Positions 12,976 to 27,131 of a DNA stretch of 64,000 bases are shown one piece after another (position 1 is the stretch's first letter; each line of letters begins with the position of its first letter). The notes beneath the pieces were generated by a model that had not been told where the DNA came from, did not search any database, and saw nothing but the letters and a program-made list of their open reading frames with translations. A program made the position numbers and the translations under genes. This DNA comes from Eledone cirrhosa (taxonomy: Eukaryota): positions 111,104,001 to 111,168,000 of the forward strand of contig OZ024743.1 of the NCBI GenBank assembly GCA_964016885.1, in the 5' to 3' direction.

Positions 12976-13783
12976 GAATAAAATAATAAAACGTAATTAG
13001 ACTCTAATTACGTTTTAGGATCTCTACTGTAAGTGCAATTATGAGAGATTTAGATACAAATTAGCTGTGTGCCTGAAAAATGAACAACAATAAAACGGAG
13101 ATTAATTTATGGTTTGACAGATAAATGCTTGTAGTAGATATTTCGCCTGTTGTATTATCCTAGTGAGATTGATGGAGGGAGTGTATAGAGATTTATAGTT
13201 CTATGGTAGCTGGTATTAAGTGAAATTGTGGATTCAGTATGTTAAGGTTTAGGTGGTTTAGTCCAGATTTTGGGATTGCTGGTTCGAATCATGGAGGGTG
13301 AAGTTTCGTAACATCAAAATACAAAATAGCGCATAATTAAAACAACAACATCAATAATAAAACATGCATGGTAAATAGATAGAGAACGTGGCGAATAAAA
13401 TCTAGGATAGGATACATTGAAATGATAATAATAATAAGAAGAAAATAAGAGTTACAAAGGAGTATAAAAGTAATAAAATAATGTACTTAGAATTAAGTTC
13501 GTATATAAGTGTTCATGGGTGCTAATATAAGATATGTAGATAAAATTGTGTGGTCCGAAAGAATGAACAACAGTAAAGACGAGATTAATTCATGGACTGT
13601 CAAGATAATTGATAACTATTTGTAGTAGACAATGTGCCTGCTGTACTATCTTGATTGTATTGATGGAGGGAGGTTGGAAGAGGTTTACAGAAATGTATGG
13701 TTCTCAAGTAGCTGTGTGAGAGTGAGGATTTCATACGTTAAAGTCTAAGTGGTTTTATTTTGGGAATTCCCAGTTCGAATCAC

Positions 13784-14170
13784 GGTGGTTTAAATTTCGT
13801 GAATTCAGTAGCAATCTTATGTCTGCAGAAAATGGATGTTTATATTTTGCTGTTAAGCAGCATCCTATCGTACCTTAAGATATGTAGCATTTCCAAATTA
13901 CAGAGCTCGCAGTGGGACATACCGTTGCAATAGGCTTTTGCTGCCGCTAATTTTGACCAGCTAATTTTGTATTCAAGGTTTTTGTCATTAAGCTGCCAGA
14001 TTTTATTGGCAAGCGTTGTAGAATTCGCCAGTGCACGGTTCCTCATGGAGTGTCTGTGGACATACCACTTTTTTTAAAATTCCTCCTCTGTGGATCCTAT
14101 GTTGTGCCAAGGGGAATTGCCTGAATTTACAGTACACAGGTACACCAAGCTAGAATCCAGGCATCTATTC
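13784..14170 (-). pseudogene. PLE GIY-YIG endonuclease remnant
   Basis: CLDSSLVYLC...NIGST...HRHSMRNRALANSTTLANKIW...CELCNLE, with frameshifts. Homologous to 38787-39452. Confidence 0.85.
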
Positions 14171-15018
14171 CGTTTTACTTTTGTTCATTTTTCAGACCCA
14201 CAACTCATTGTATCTAAATCTCTCATAATTGCACTTACAGTAGATATCTTGCGATTCATAAATTATTATTTGGTTGAAAGAAATTAACTCATATATTGCA
14301 TAGTTTTTGAGAGATTATACCAATACAATAAATGAAATTGCTATTTATATTTTAACACCTATATGATTAAAGAAAATCACATACACACATATTTTTTGTC
14401 AGATAATTAAGAAAAGGACAGGATAATTTTGGAAATTTCCAGCTGTGAGTTGGAATTGAATAGGTTAAATATATCGCGTAGAGACATAAGTAATTACTGC
14501 TACAATTTTTATCAAGTATTTGTCGAAAATAGGAATTGTATTGAAAGTAGAATATTTAATGGATAGTTCAATTACCTCCCAACGCTTAGGGAAAGTATAT
14601 TATCAAAACATATTTGTAACCTAGAAAAGCACATGTAGTTGATGATTAACTTCTCATTTTCGTACGTTTTAACGTGTGTTTATCTTAGAACTTATATATA
14701 TATATCGCACTAAAGATTGGGCTAAAGAGGACACGTGGTAGAAAACATATATTTGCAGAAAATTCATGTTAATTTGTATACTGTCGAAATAATTACACCG
14801 AATTCAAGGGTCCTGATGTATTTAGTGAAATATTTTATCACATGAATATATTTCTCTTTCGGTTTGCATGTTTTATATGTATATATTTTATGGGAAGACC
14901 ATAATATACTTCTTTAAATGTAATTATTCATGCACGGAAGTCACCTAGACAGTAGCCCACATAAGTATATATCGACTTACGCACCTCCACACACACAAAC
15001 GTGCACATACAAAAACAG

Positions 15019-15071
<53 letters not shown>

Positions 15072-15224
15072 TATATAACACTCATTCACGGTAGTATATA
15101 CTGACATACATGGACGCACCACAAATACCCCTCACACACATATATATATATATATATATGTATATTCATATTTACTTATATATATATATTTACTTATATA
15201 TATATATATGTGTGTGTGTTTTCA

Positions 15225-15266
<42 letters not shown>

Positions 15267-15392
15267 ATATATATATATGGGTGTATGAATGTGTGCGTAT
15301 GTGTATGTGTGGTGTGTTTTTGGTGCATGTATGTATGTCAGTATATTGTACCATGTGTTAGACATATATCTGTATACATATATATTCATATA

Positions 15393-15429
<37 letters not shown>

Positions 15430-15530
15430 GCGTATCCGTCCTGAATCGAGACAAGGCTCTTCATTGTCATCATACCAATATCTGCTCATAAAACAGCAAA
15501 TATTTCTCCAACTTTGAATTTTGAAGGCAA

Positions 15531-15720
15531 ATAATTGTTTCTACTTTTAGGCACAAGGCCAGCAATTACACAGTACATTACTGGTACTTTATTTTATCGA
15601 CCCTGTAAGGATGAAAGGCAAAGTCAAACTCGGTGGGATTTGAACTCAGATCGTAAAGCGACGTAAGTATGCTGGAAAGCATCGCGTCCGACCCTCTACC
15701 CATACTGCCAATCCACCGCC
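15531..15720 (-). mobile_element. SINE, full length, 15-bp TSD
   Basis: Reverse complement of the 9971 family. TTGAAGGCAAATAAT occurs at 15521 and 15725. Confidence 0.9.
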
Positions 15721-16093
15721 TATATTGAAGGCAAATAATGAATTCCTAATATTATTTATATATGTTTTACAGTGAAAAGCTCATCAGCTGTCTGAAACTC
15801 ATGTTTCATATTTTATAATCTCTTTGTTGGTTTTCTTGAAGAAACAAAAACAAATTGTTGTGGAGTTCTGAAGGACAGTGTCAACTTTAATTCATTTTTT
15901 CCTTCGATATAGATATGTGGAAAGGAAATATATATTTTTCATATATCCGCAATGAAAATATGGATGCCCTTAAGTATTTTCCTTCGTTATACATTTTATT
16001 CTTAAATTTAATAATTTTTCAGCATGTTCTGCACTGTGCAAGTCGAAAGAATTGGATATACATTAATAATGATAATGATAATACTTTTTTTTT

Positions 16094-16290
16094 ATTTAGG
16101 CACAAGGCAAACAGTTTCAGAGGAGGGAAAGTCGATTAAATCGATCCCCAGTGCATTACTGGTGTTTTATTGTATCGACCCCTTAAGGATGAAAGTCAAA
16201 GCCAATATCGACCGGAGTTGAACTCGGAGGGCCATAATTCTATGCTGCAAATCATGGTGTCTGACGTTCTACTGATACTGCCAATCCCCC
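16094..16290 (-). mobile_element. SINE (diverged)
   Basis: TATCGACCCCTTAAGGATGAAAGTCAAAG core and GATACTGCCAATCC head. Confidence 0.75.
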
Positions 16291-17265
16291 AACCTAGGCT
16301 ATAATAATAAACAGAATGATAACAATAATAATAATACTGATGATAACAATAAAAGTAATGATGCACACGTATATAAATAAATGAATCAAAACAGCGTCTA
16401 ATTTCTTTCAAATTGCAGCTATCTGACAAAACAATTGTAACAACATTTGCCTTCATAAGACAATTGGGTATCTAAACATGGACAACAACGGCAACTAAAG
16501 AGTTATTTCTCATGCACACAATATTCTATATACAGAGACACAATCACCAACTAACACACGTATGCACACACCATAACATACAAATGCGAATACGCCACAC
16601 GCCCGCACATACAATGACGATAATACAGTGAACGTGACTAAATAGTACACACAATGAAATACAAGGAGAAAAGTAAAATTCAGAAACGCGAAACTTATTT
16701 AAGAACACTAGAATTTCGCTTACAGATTTTAGCAAAGCTCTATGTAATTTTTCAATGACATAAATAAATATTATGTGACCACGTAAATCTAATTACTACT
16801 CCATTAATGTTATCAAACTGAAACCGTGTACGTACAACTTACTAACTACGCGATCGAACCCCCACCCGAGAGGCCAACGTTTCTTGACTCCACTTTGCTG
16901 AAACCTTACAGTTACTGATGAAAATTGTTGTAGGATTTCCGAGACAGTGTTCGGATTGCGAGGACAATGAATGCCGAGAAAATTGCAGCCGACAATAGAA
17001 TAATGCATTTAAGTGGTGTGTGTTTGTGTGTGTGCATGTGTGTGTGTAGAATGGTATGTCATAAGGAGAGAGCATGATACTATGCGAAAGTTAATGGAGG
17101 TAAGATTTACACGCGCAAGCATGTACATCCTACACTTAATTTTACATTCGTGTAGAACTGTGTGTAAGTAATTACCCATTTATCAAGAACACTCCCTCTT
17201 TGTCTCTCTCTCTCTTTATCTCACAACAGACACACATGAATATACACGCATATGCATACACAAAA

Positions 17266-17320
<55 letters not shown>

Positions 17321-17661
17321 CATGTATATATATATATATATATATGTGTGTGTGCGTGCGCGCGCGTTATATATATATATATGAACTAAACACATAGACA
17401 GATAAGCATTTCTATGACGGGGAAAATAATATCAATTTTCTTGTGACATGCGTACGCGTAGTCAATACAATTAATATATACAGGAACATATTCCATGAAC
17501 GTATCCCGTGATGTATTCTCATATACATAAACATACCTACACGTATGTAATCATCCTGAATAACATGTCTTATTTCTACTGTGAATCAGAAATACGCACA
17601 TACTCTTGAAATCAGAATTTGTAATGGCGCTAATTATATTTTATTTAATATATAGGAATTC

Positions 17662-17806
<145 letters not shown>

Positions 17807-19435
17807 AGCATGGGGGAAAATTTATGTATATATGAATAATATAATGGTGTGATATGTTAGATTTGCGTTAAGGTCATGATGCATGAACGCTTGGGAGCAT
17901 GCAATATGCCTTTATTTGCAGAGTCGAGCTCCATAATCTATAGAGGAAACATCATTTTAGTCAATCCTGCTTCATAGTTTCCATTCTTCCTTGAGCTAAT
18001 GTTTTTCTATTTCCACTGTAAATCATATTTATTTCGTTATCGATCACATAACGACAAATCGTTTCCCATCTATAATATTAAACATTCATTAATGGACCTA
18101 AATAACCATAATATAGACATAGATTATAATGTGATTATGAATTAGATAAAAGCATTTGTATTAAGTTTACTGGTTATGTTCATAATCGAATGGAATACAA
18201 CAAATATCACACAAACCGATCAGTGAATTTGTGGTTAACAATGACTTGAAATGTTACTCCAGATACATCCTTATAAAGAAATATATATTGAATAATTTAC
18301 CAGGAATGGACAGCCCTTACACATAAATAGAGAAGGTAAGAGCAGGAATGTATTTCTACTTATGTTGTTTCTATTATGTTCAGCGTCGTCTAAACAAAAT
18401 TACTAACTTATTAGGAATTACTTTAAGTATTTTTCATATTGGACGAATTTAGTATTTCATATATAGGTTTCTATCTCAAATTCAGAATCACAGAAGTATA
18501 CATTATTTTTATTTAGAGCGTGTTATTATGGCATACAAAGTATTTTAAATATTACAATGTTGATATATAACAGTATATTTTTCTACCAATCCTATAGCAG
18601 ATCTGAAGGCTATTCATGACTATTTGTTAGCGAACATTTCGACGTTTCAGTGGAAAAACATTTACCACCATGCATTCCAAACATTATAAAAAAATAAATA
18701 CGATATGTTTATTTGAGATATAGGTTAAAAATTTATAGTTCCGTAAACTAAGTTATTTGTGTAAACCATCACAATTCTATGATATATTGGTTAATTAAGT
18801 AACCCCCTCTCGAGACATGTAACTTTCTAGAAAGATAATCTATGTAGACACGTACTTAAAATATAAGATAAATATAAGATAAATTAAAGCCGGCTACTTA
18901 TGATTCTACACCAACACTTACCACTGACCCACTTCCTGGTCCAGTTTAAATTTTCAGTATTATAAGCAACTATATAATTTCGGACAAAGAATAAAGAAAC
19001 AATATCATGTAAACAACAGAGTATAAGTGAAATGGATATCAGAATGAAAATTACTTACGTTGATGAGAACTCATTTTATACTTGCTTCAATTATTCTCAA
19101 CCGTCTTTTCAAATTATATTGTGTTAATTGAAATAAATAAGTAGTAGAAATAGTAATAATATTTCAAAGGTATTTTGATCTTTACAACCCCAAGAAAATA
19201 AAAGCAAATATCAACAAGTGTCCAGGGGTGTTTCTAGTGTAAATATATTTGAATTGTTTGATGTTTTGTTTAAAATTTTGATTTTCATACATCAGTTTTC
19301 TTATCACAGATATATTTATTTGAAGTTCTTTCTACATTTCATCCTTTAGAAATGCATTGTGATTTCTGCTTTGTTTTAAATGACTGCTAGCAATATTCAA
19401 CCAATTTGTATACACACACGTACACACAGAAACAA

Positions 19436-19532
<97 letters not shown>

Positions 19533-19962
19533 TATATATATATATGTGTGTGTGTGTGCAGAAATAGATGGTGAGAGAGAGAGAGACGGAGGAAAGAGAG
19601 AGCGGGAGAACAATAACAATTACTAAAAGAAACAATAACTACCGTCAAGACAAATGATAGACTAGTATTAAACTTACTTATGTTGTATTGTTCAGTGACA
19701 TCAAGTGATGAAAATAAAAATAGAATAGTCACTAATGTTATCTTTTATCGATTTTGACACCAGCTTTGCATTTTAAAACAGAATACCATTTCTATTTAAG
19801 GTATTTCAGGTATTTCAGGTAATTAAAATTGTGTGATACGTAAACTTCTTGATTCGATTCTGTGCAAATAAAAATTACCAATAGAGTAATAGACATAGGG
19901 GACAACATGCAGAAAACTATGTTATTTGGAATTATGTAATGATTCATTAAACACACACACAG

Positions 19963-20050
<88 letters not shown>

Positions 20051-20051
<1 letters not shown>

Positions 20052-20117
20052 GAAGATCCCGTTAAGGGTGAAAGCAACGATTCTTTGCTTAAACTTGAAT
20101 CTGTTATTTTAATAAAT
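20051..20117 (+). mobile_element. Family E terminal fragment in (TA)n
   Basis: Reverse complement of ~62403-62469 and ~26917-26978. Confidence 0.75.
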
Positions 20118-20130
20118 ATATATATATATT

Positions 20131-20408
<278 letters not shown>

Positions 20409-20473
20409 CATATATTTTTTTTTTTTTAAATTAAGCCGTTAGGTTACAGAGAAAGAAAAAGAAGGAGAGAGAG

Positions 20474-20544
<71 letters not shown>

Positions 20545-21459
20545 AAACAACAGAGAGAAAAAGATATATAGAGAGAGAGGAGACAGAGAGAAGGGGAGAG
20601 AACGAACACTCTATGTCATATCTTGGTGAGTTAACTTAACAATTGAGATGAAATGAATAAATAAAATTAGAGATGTTAATAATTATGAATGGAATTTACA
20701 TGTATAATATGAGAAATTAATCATTGTTTAAGTAGGATTAGTTAATCATTTAAAAATTGAGATCAATATATTAAAAATTGGGATCTATACATTAAGAAAT
20801 CCATATATTGCTAGATAACTACATATCATATAACATGTATACACACGCAAAAATACTTATAAATATATATACACACTTATAAAATAGATAACATATCTAA
20901 CTACGTATATAATATATACACACAAAACATAAAGGATTCTTTAATTTAATTTAAGATATAGGAATCTTAAAAATGTTATAATTGTTAAGATATTAAAGGA
21001 AATTGTATGTTATACACACTTTATGTTATTAAACAAAATTGTTTATATAAGTTTTATAAGATTACCTGTTATGTATTTATGGCTGTTATTATATGTCTAT
21101 CTGTCAGGAATCATTGGGATAATCACTATACATAAGAGCAATCATATTGTATGGATATACACGCACATGCATATACTCAATTCTCACATAAACATATATA
21201 CACATGTATGTGTACCCTCAGCCAATAGGTAGATACGCATCACGCATACATCTACAATTAGACAGACATACACTCATAAAAACCCATAGAACATATGTAC
21301 ATGTATGTCAATACACGCATATACATATATACTCACACATAGAGAGAAGTATATATCAATACAGTACATAGTATAATTGAGTACATAAAATACAAAAGGA
21401 TTATATTAAAATTTGGAAATATAATTATAAGCAATATAACTTTAAAAGCAATACAATTT

Positions 21460-23380
21460 TAAAATATTATAGAATATTTTAAGTTATAATTTCAAAATAA
21501 TAGTATGTTTAATAGATTTAGTATAGAAATTTATCCTACGTATATTTAACTCAACATTTTGAAAGGATAAACTTTCGAAAATAGGAGAAGCTATCAGAAC
21601 AATAAGAAAACAATAAAAAAATAAAAAAAATAAAAATTAAAAATAAGAAATAGGAAATAGGAAATATTTTCTCCTTTCAAGAGCTCTCAATATATTTCTC
21701 TAGAATAGTTTATTATATTTATATTTATTTATATTTAGGAAGAAAAGTTATTTTTACTTGAGTGTATAATCAGTCAAAAAAGATGAAGGAATCTAATGAT
21801 TTATCGACAGGTTTCATATATTAATAAAATTAATTAATTAATTGTATACTACATTTTAAATTTATATTTATATTAAACGTTGAGTTTAATCTATGTCTGC
21901 AGCAACTGAATAAATTATTCCTTGAGTTCAGGGAATTTTTGGTCTTTAATATAAAGAATATTTCCTCTCTACAAAGATCGCAATTTTCTGAAGAGGAGTT
22001 AAAAGGAGTAGCTTATGAAATAATATTCCAAATCATGAATATTCAACGTTCCCTAGTTTTAGGTCCCATAATAGGCTAGATAGAGAAGTTGAAGGTTTTT
22101 TTGTTTGGATCTCTAAAATAATTTTTATGATTATTGAAGCGGGATTTAAACTCTGTGGAAGTAGATCCCACATAATTAAATGAATTTAAATTAGTTTTTA
22201 CATGACAATTATATACTACATTTTTAGCTAAGCAATTGTTATTTAACGGACAGTTAGATTTATTTCTAGAGTTACATTTATCAGATTGAATATTGCTTGT
22301 GTTATTCTTGGTATTTTGTTTAGGTTTAAATTTCTATTATTAATTCTATTAATATTTTGCGCTAAATTTTTGGTGGAAGAATAAGTTAATTTTATAGTAT
22401 GTCAATTATAAGTTGAGTAATATCTATGTGTTCTAGGGAAGCATTTGTCAAGAGCTTTAAACAATAGTTTAGCAATAGGGGTTTTAATATTTAATGAGAA
22501 AGGAGAAGCGAACCATAATATGTTCTTAGTTCTATTTCTTTTTCGGCTTTCGGAATTAATATAAGGTTTTCTATTATAGTTGTTAAAATTGTTACCATAG
22601 TTAAAATTGTTACGATTATGGTTAGTTTTCGATGTATTTAATTTTATTTCTATACCCAGCTCTACCTAACGCTTCGTTGTAATAATGTGCTTTTTTATCA
22701 AATATATTCTTATTAGCTGAAATTCTCGAAATTCGTTCTTGTACACAGTTCACTATAGTATTTTTAACGCATCTGGGGTGATTAGATTTAAAATTGACGT
22801 AATTTAAGTTCTCATTTAGTTTGTGAAAAGGATAATGAAGACATGTGTTAAGATTTAGTGTTACATCTAGAAAATTTACTATTTTATGGTTATTCTCTAT
22901 TTCTACTTTTAGATTAAGGTAATGAAAAAATTGTATAATTTGTTTTCTTTTTCTATTTAGTTCACAGTTATTATTTTCTATAAAATATTATAGAATATTT
23001 TAAGTTATAACTTCAAAATAATAGTATGTTTAATGGATTTAGTATATAAATTTATCTTACGTATATTTAACTCAACATTTTGAAAGGATAAACTTTCGAA
23101 AATAGGAGAAGCTATCAGAACAATAAGAAAACAATAAAAAAATAAAAAAAATAAAAATTAAAAATAAGAAATAGGAAATATTTTCTCCTTTCAAGAGCTC
23201 TCAATATATTTCTCTAGAATAGTTTATTATATTTATATTTATTTATATTTAGGAAGAAAAGTTATTTTTACTTGAGTGTATAATCAGTCAAAAAAGATGA
23301 AGGAATCTAATGATTTATCGACAGGTTTCATATATTAATAAAATTAATTAATTAATTGTATACTACATTTTAAATTTATA
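21460..23380 (-). mobile_element. Hydra-clade-like PLE remnant (RT C-terminus/thumb + GIY-YIG) between ~400-bp direct repeats
   Basis: Minus-strand translation gives VNFLDVTLNL, YVNFKSNHP, IIWFASPFS and CPLNNNCLAKNVVYNC...YVGST.TEFKSRFNNH. Direct repeats at 21460-21866 and 22981-23380. Confidence 0.85.
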
Positions 23381-23487
23381 AACCTCCAGTTAATATCGTA
23401 TGTTTACTCCAAATACTTGTTGAGTGCTTTATATCAGTTATATAAATATTTGCTTGTTGTATCCCAACAATTTAAATAGAACTTTTG

Positions 23488-23554
<67 letters not shown>

Positions 23555-23556
<2 letters not shown>

Positions 23557-26500
23557 TTGAGTGGTGTTGACAGCTCTACACACCTCCTCGTGGAACTCTT
23601 CCGCACTCACATCACTGTTCACCTCGGTTGGAATATAGGCTGAGATGACTGTCAGGCTTGGGTTTCCATTGAATGTCACCCTAAACACTCGCGGGGAGAC
23701 AGGAATTATTTCCCTCACCAATAGACTTGTTTTTGTGCTGAAAACAAAACCCACTCCTCCCACTGCAGAATTGGCCATGTTCCTCACTGCCGATGTCGTG
23801 ATCAGCTGACTCCTCTTCGCAATCATCACACTCATCACAGGCTCATCGTGTAGGATCCTGTGTTCTTGGATCGCAATATCTGTATACCACTCTCCTCGAA
23901 CAAATGTCCCAGCTCCTCTCTCTTCTCCAGCGTCCGAATAGTCCTCATATTCAAAGTGCCTATTTTGATGGTTCTTAAGCGGGATAAAACTGCATTATTT
24001 ATATTTGTCTCAGAGACAGCTGATCCATCATCCACTGGCCCTCTCTGTGGCTCTAAGCCAGCAGAGTCATAACGACCAAACTGCTCCTTGACAGTGTAAT
24101 TAGGGGCTCTTACCCTAGTGCTGTTAGATCGACTCTCCATATTTCTTTTCAATAGCTGACAATACCTTACCGACGCCACTCGAATAAGGTAGTTATTTAA
24201 GCCATAAATGGAGCCCTAACAGGTATTACTACTCCGGGCCAGAGCAGCCGTGGGAGTTATGACAACTAAAGGGTCACTCCACATTCCCCATAGCTCCTGA
24301 ACTCCCGAACCGGAGCCTTGCCACTGGATGTAGTTTAATGTCATACCCAAGTGATATTTTGGGGGACATCAATGCACATCTTAGTAAGGAGGGCAGTGAA
24401 GATCCTTGCTGGTACTTCCATAACAACACCAACCTAAATGGAAGACTACTGAGAGATATCCTGCTGGAGGCGAACTTGATAGCGACCAACCTAAGGTTTA
24501 GGAAGAATCCGGGGAAGATGTGGACCTACATCTCATATATGCACCTGTCCAAGGCCCAGATTGATTTCTTTCTGGTGAGGTAAAGGTGGCGGAAGAGTGT
24601 TCTGAACACAGAACCATACAACTATTTCAGTACACTGGGTAGTACGGCTGGCTTGTTATGAGTGAGGTCCGGGTGAGCTTAAGAAAGAGAAAGGCTCAGC
24701 CCCGGAGAGCAATCTATGACGGGGGAGCTTCCAAGGAAGATGATAAGCTATATGAGAGGTTCACAGTGGAAAGTGATGAAGAGGTTCAGTGCTTTGTGTG
24801 GAGAGACAGAGGAGAGAGAGGTTAGATGGACTGCGGAAAGTGTGACGAGGAGGTACGGGCACTTCACCGATGCAGTGGCGGAAGCAAGTGAAACCCTGGT
24901 GCCGAGGAAAAAGAACAAAAGGAAGCACGTCAGCTCTGCAAACCCAAAAGTGTTTGCAGCCAGAGAACACCTGACAGCTGCCAAGGACCAATTATATGGT
25001 GATACTGCGGAGGAGAGGATGGAGACTGTGGAGGTGATGAGGGAAGAACTCTGTACCGCTTACACTGAGGCCAGAGAGGAGGCACTGATAGAGAAGATCA
25101 GAAGTGTGGAGAGAGCGGGTGACAGATTTGGATGTAAGGAGAGCTGCATGATCATCAACGAGATCACAGAGAGGAAGAGAAGGTGTTCGAGTCAGATCCA
25201 GAGAACGGGGCCCGAGGATAGGAAGAGGAAATGGCTAGACTATTTTAGGACCCTACTAGGAGAGCCACCCGCCACAGCCCAGAGCACTGGGGATATCAGG
25301 CAGCTGTTTGAGGAACTGGATATTGAGACAGAGCGCTTCACCAGAGCGGAGCTTCAGAGAGCCAAGAAGTGGATCAAGGAAAGCAAGGCTCATGGAGAAG
25401 ATGGAGTGGCATCAGAGGTGATGAAGAGGTGTGATTTTGATGATATCATCCTGGGGTTCTGTAACCGGGCACTGTAGAAAGGAGTTGCCCCGAATCGGTG
25501 GAGGATCAGTAACATCGTCCCAGTGCCAAAGAAGGGAGATCCCTCAAACACCAACAACTACAGGAGAATCTCACTGACGTCACTTGTGGCAAAGACACTC
25601 AACAGGATGATTCTTAACAGGATCCAGCCTGAGATGGTGAAGAAGCTCAGGGACAACCAGAACAGCTTCGGAGAGGGAAGATCAATTACCAGTCACATCC
25701 TGATGCTGAGGAGGATATTAGAGGGAGCTAGAGCAAAGTCTCTTCCTGCGGTCATGGTTTTCATTGACTTTAGGAACGCCTTTGATTCTGTGGACCGTCA
25801 CTACCTGCTGAAGATCTTACAGGCTTATGGAATCCCCAAGAAGTTAGTGGACCTGATAGCACTGCTCTACACCAACACCAAAGCCCAAGTCATTACACCT
25901 GATGGGATGACAGAGTTCTTTGAGATACTGGCTGGAGTGGTCCAGGGAGATACCTTGGCTCCATACCTTTTTATAATAGTAGTGGACTATTGCATGCGAC
26001 TTGTACTGGAGAAACACCAGGACTCTGGCTTTACTGTAGCACCGGCTTAGAGCAGGAGAGTTAAGGCGAAAAAGATATCAGATGCTGAATTTGCCGACGG
26101 CATAGTTTTGGTGACAAATACAGTGAAGGAAGCAGAGGATTTGATGCGGGAGGTTCAGACTGTGTCGATGAGTGTGGAGCTGAGAATGAATGAGACTAAA
26201 ACAAAATATCTGGTAGAGAATGTTTTATAAGCCAGAGGGGATCACTAATGTAGGCGGGAAATCGCTAGAATTGGTTGAGGGCTTCCTGTATTTGGGAGCA
26301 AAGATTGGGAATACGGAAGATGATGTGGTTGAGAGGAAGAGCAAAGCCTGGGCGGCGTGCCACAGCTTGAGATCGGTGTGGAAGTCGGACCCTCGTAAAG
26401 ACCTGAAAATCCGCCTCTTCATTAATGTAGTGGAGTCTGTGCTGCTGTACGGTTCTGAGACTTGGACACTGACCAAGAAACTCACTCAGATGGTGGATGG

Positions 26501-26847
26501 GTTCTAGACGAGAATGTTGAGGATTGCTCTGAATATTAATCAGTATCCACTGAGGATGAAAAACTCGGAGCTCTATGGGATCCTCCCAAAAGTCAGCTCA
26601 AAAGTGACACAGAGGAGACTGAGGTTAGCTGGACATTATCACCGACATCCAGAGTTGACATTGCACTCAGTGCTCCTGTGGGAGCCCCTACATGGACACA
26701 CTGGAAGAGGAAGACCAAGGTTAACGTATGTTGATGCCCTAAGGACAGACACTGGTTTGCTGGAGACCCAGGATATGGCAGCGATAATGAGGGACAGAGA
26801 CCGCTGGAGAGATCTCGTCCATGGATCGCGGGAATTTTACCCGCTCT

Positions 26848-26850
<3 letters not shown>
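23555..26850 (+). mobile_element. RTE-clade LINE, inactivated, with inverted 5' segment (23555-~24349 on minus)
   Basis: Minus part has APE motifs IGTLNMRT and GGVGF. Plus part has ILGDINAH, QIDF, PKKGD, FIDFRNAFDS, GVVQGDTLAPYLF, FADG (mutated YADD) and RRLRLAGH...GRGRP. Several in-frame stops. Flanked by (TA)n. Confidence 0.9.
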
Positions 26851-26916
<66 letters not shown>

Positions 26917-26921
<5 letters not shown>

Positions 26922-27015
26922 TAAAATAACAGATTAAAGTTTAAGCAAAGAATCGATGCTTTCACCCTTAACGGGATCCTCTTTGGATTTTAGTCTTCAA
27001 ATTTATTATTATTAC
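26917..27015. mobile_element. Family E twin-primed mini-insertion
   Basis: 26917-26978 matches ~62404-62465 in the same orientation. 26978-27015 is the reverse complement of ~62316-62352. (TA)n on both sides. Confidence 0.8.
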
Positions 27016-27027
27016 TATATATATATA

Positions 27028-27131
<104 letters not shown>

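Larger units (their letters stand above)
12214..14250 (-). mobile_element. Family C PLE: partial tandem, 5'-truncated, with inverted 5' piece
   Basis: The 3' UTR is duplicated (~12609-13308 vs ~13308-13800). GIY-YIG remnant at 13784-14170 ends ...CRHKIATEFTKFKPP*. Segment 14171-14250 is an inverted copy of ~13019-13097. Confidence 0.8.
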
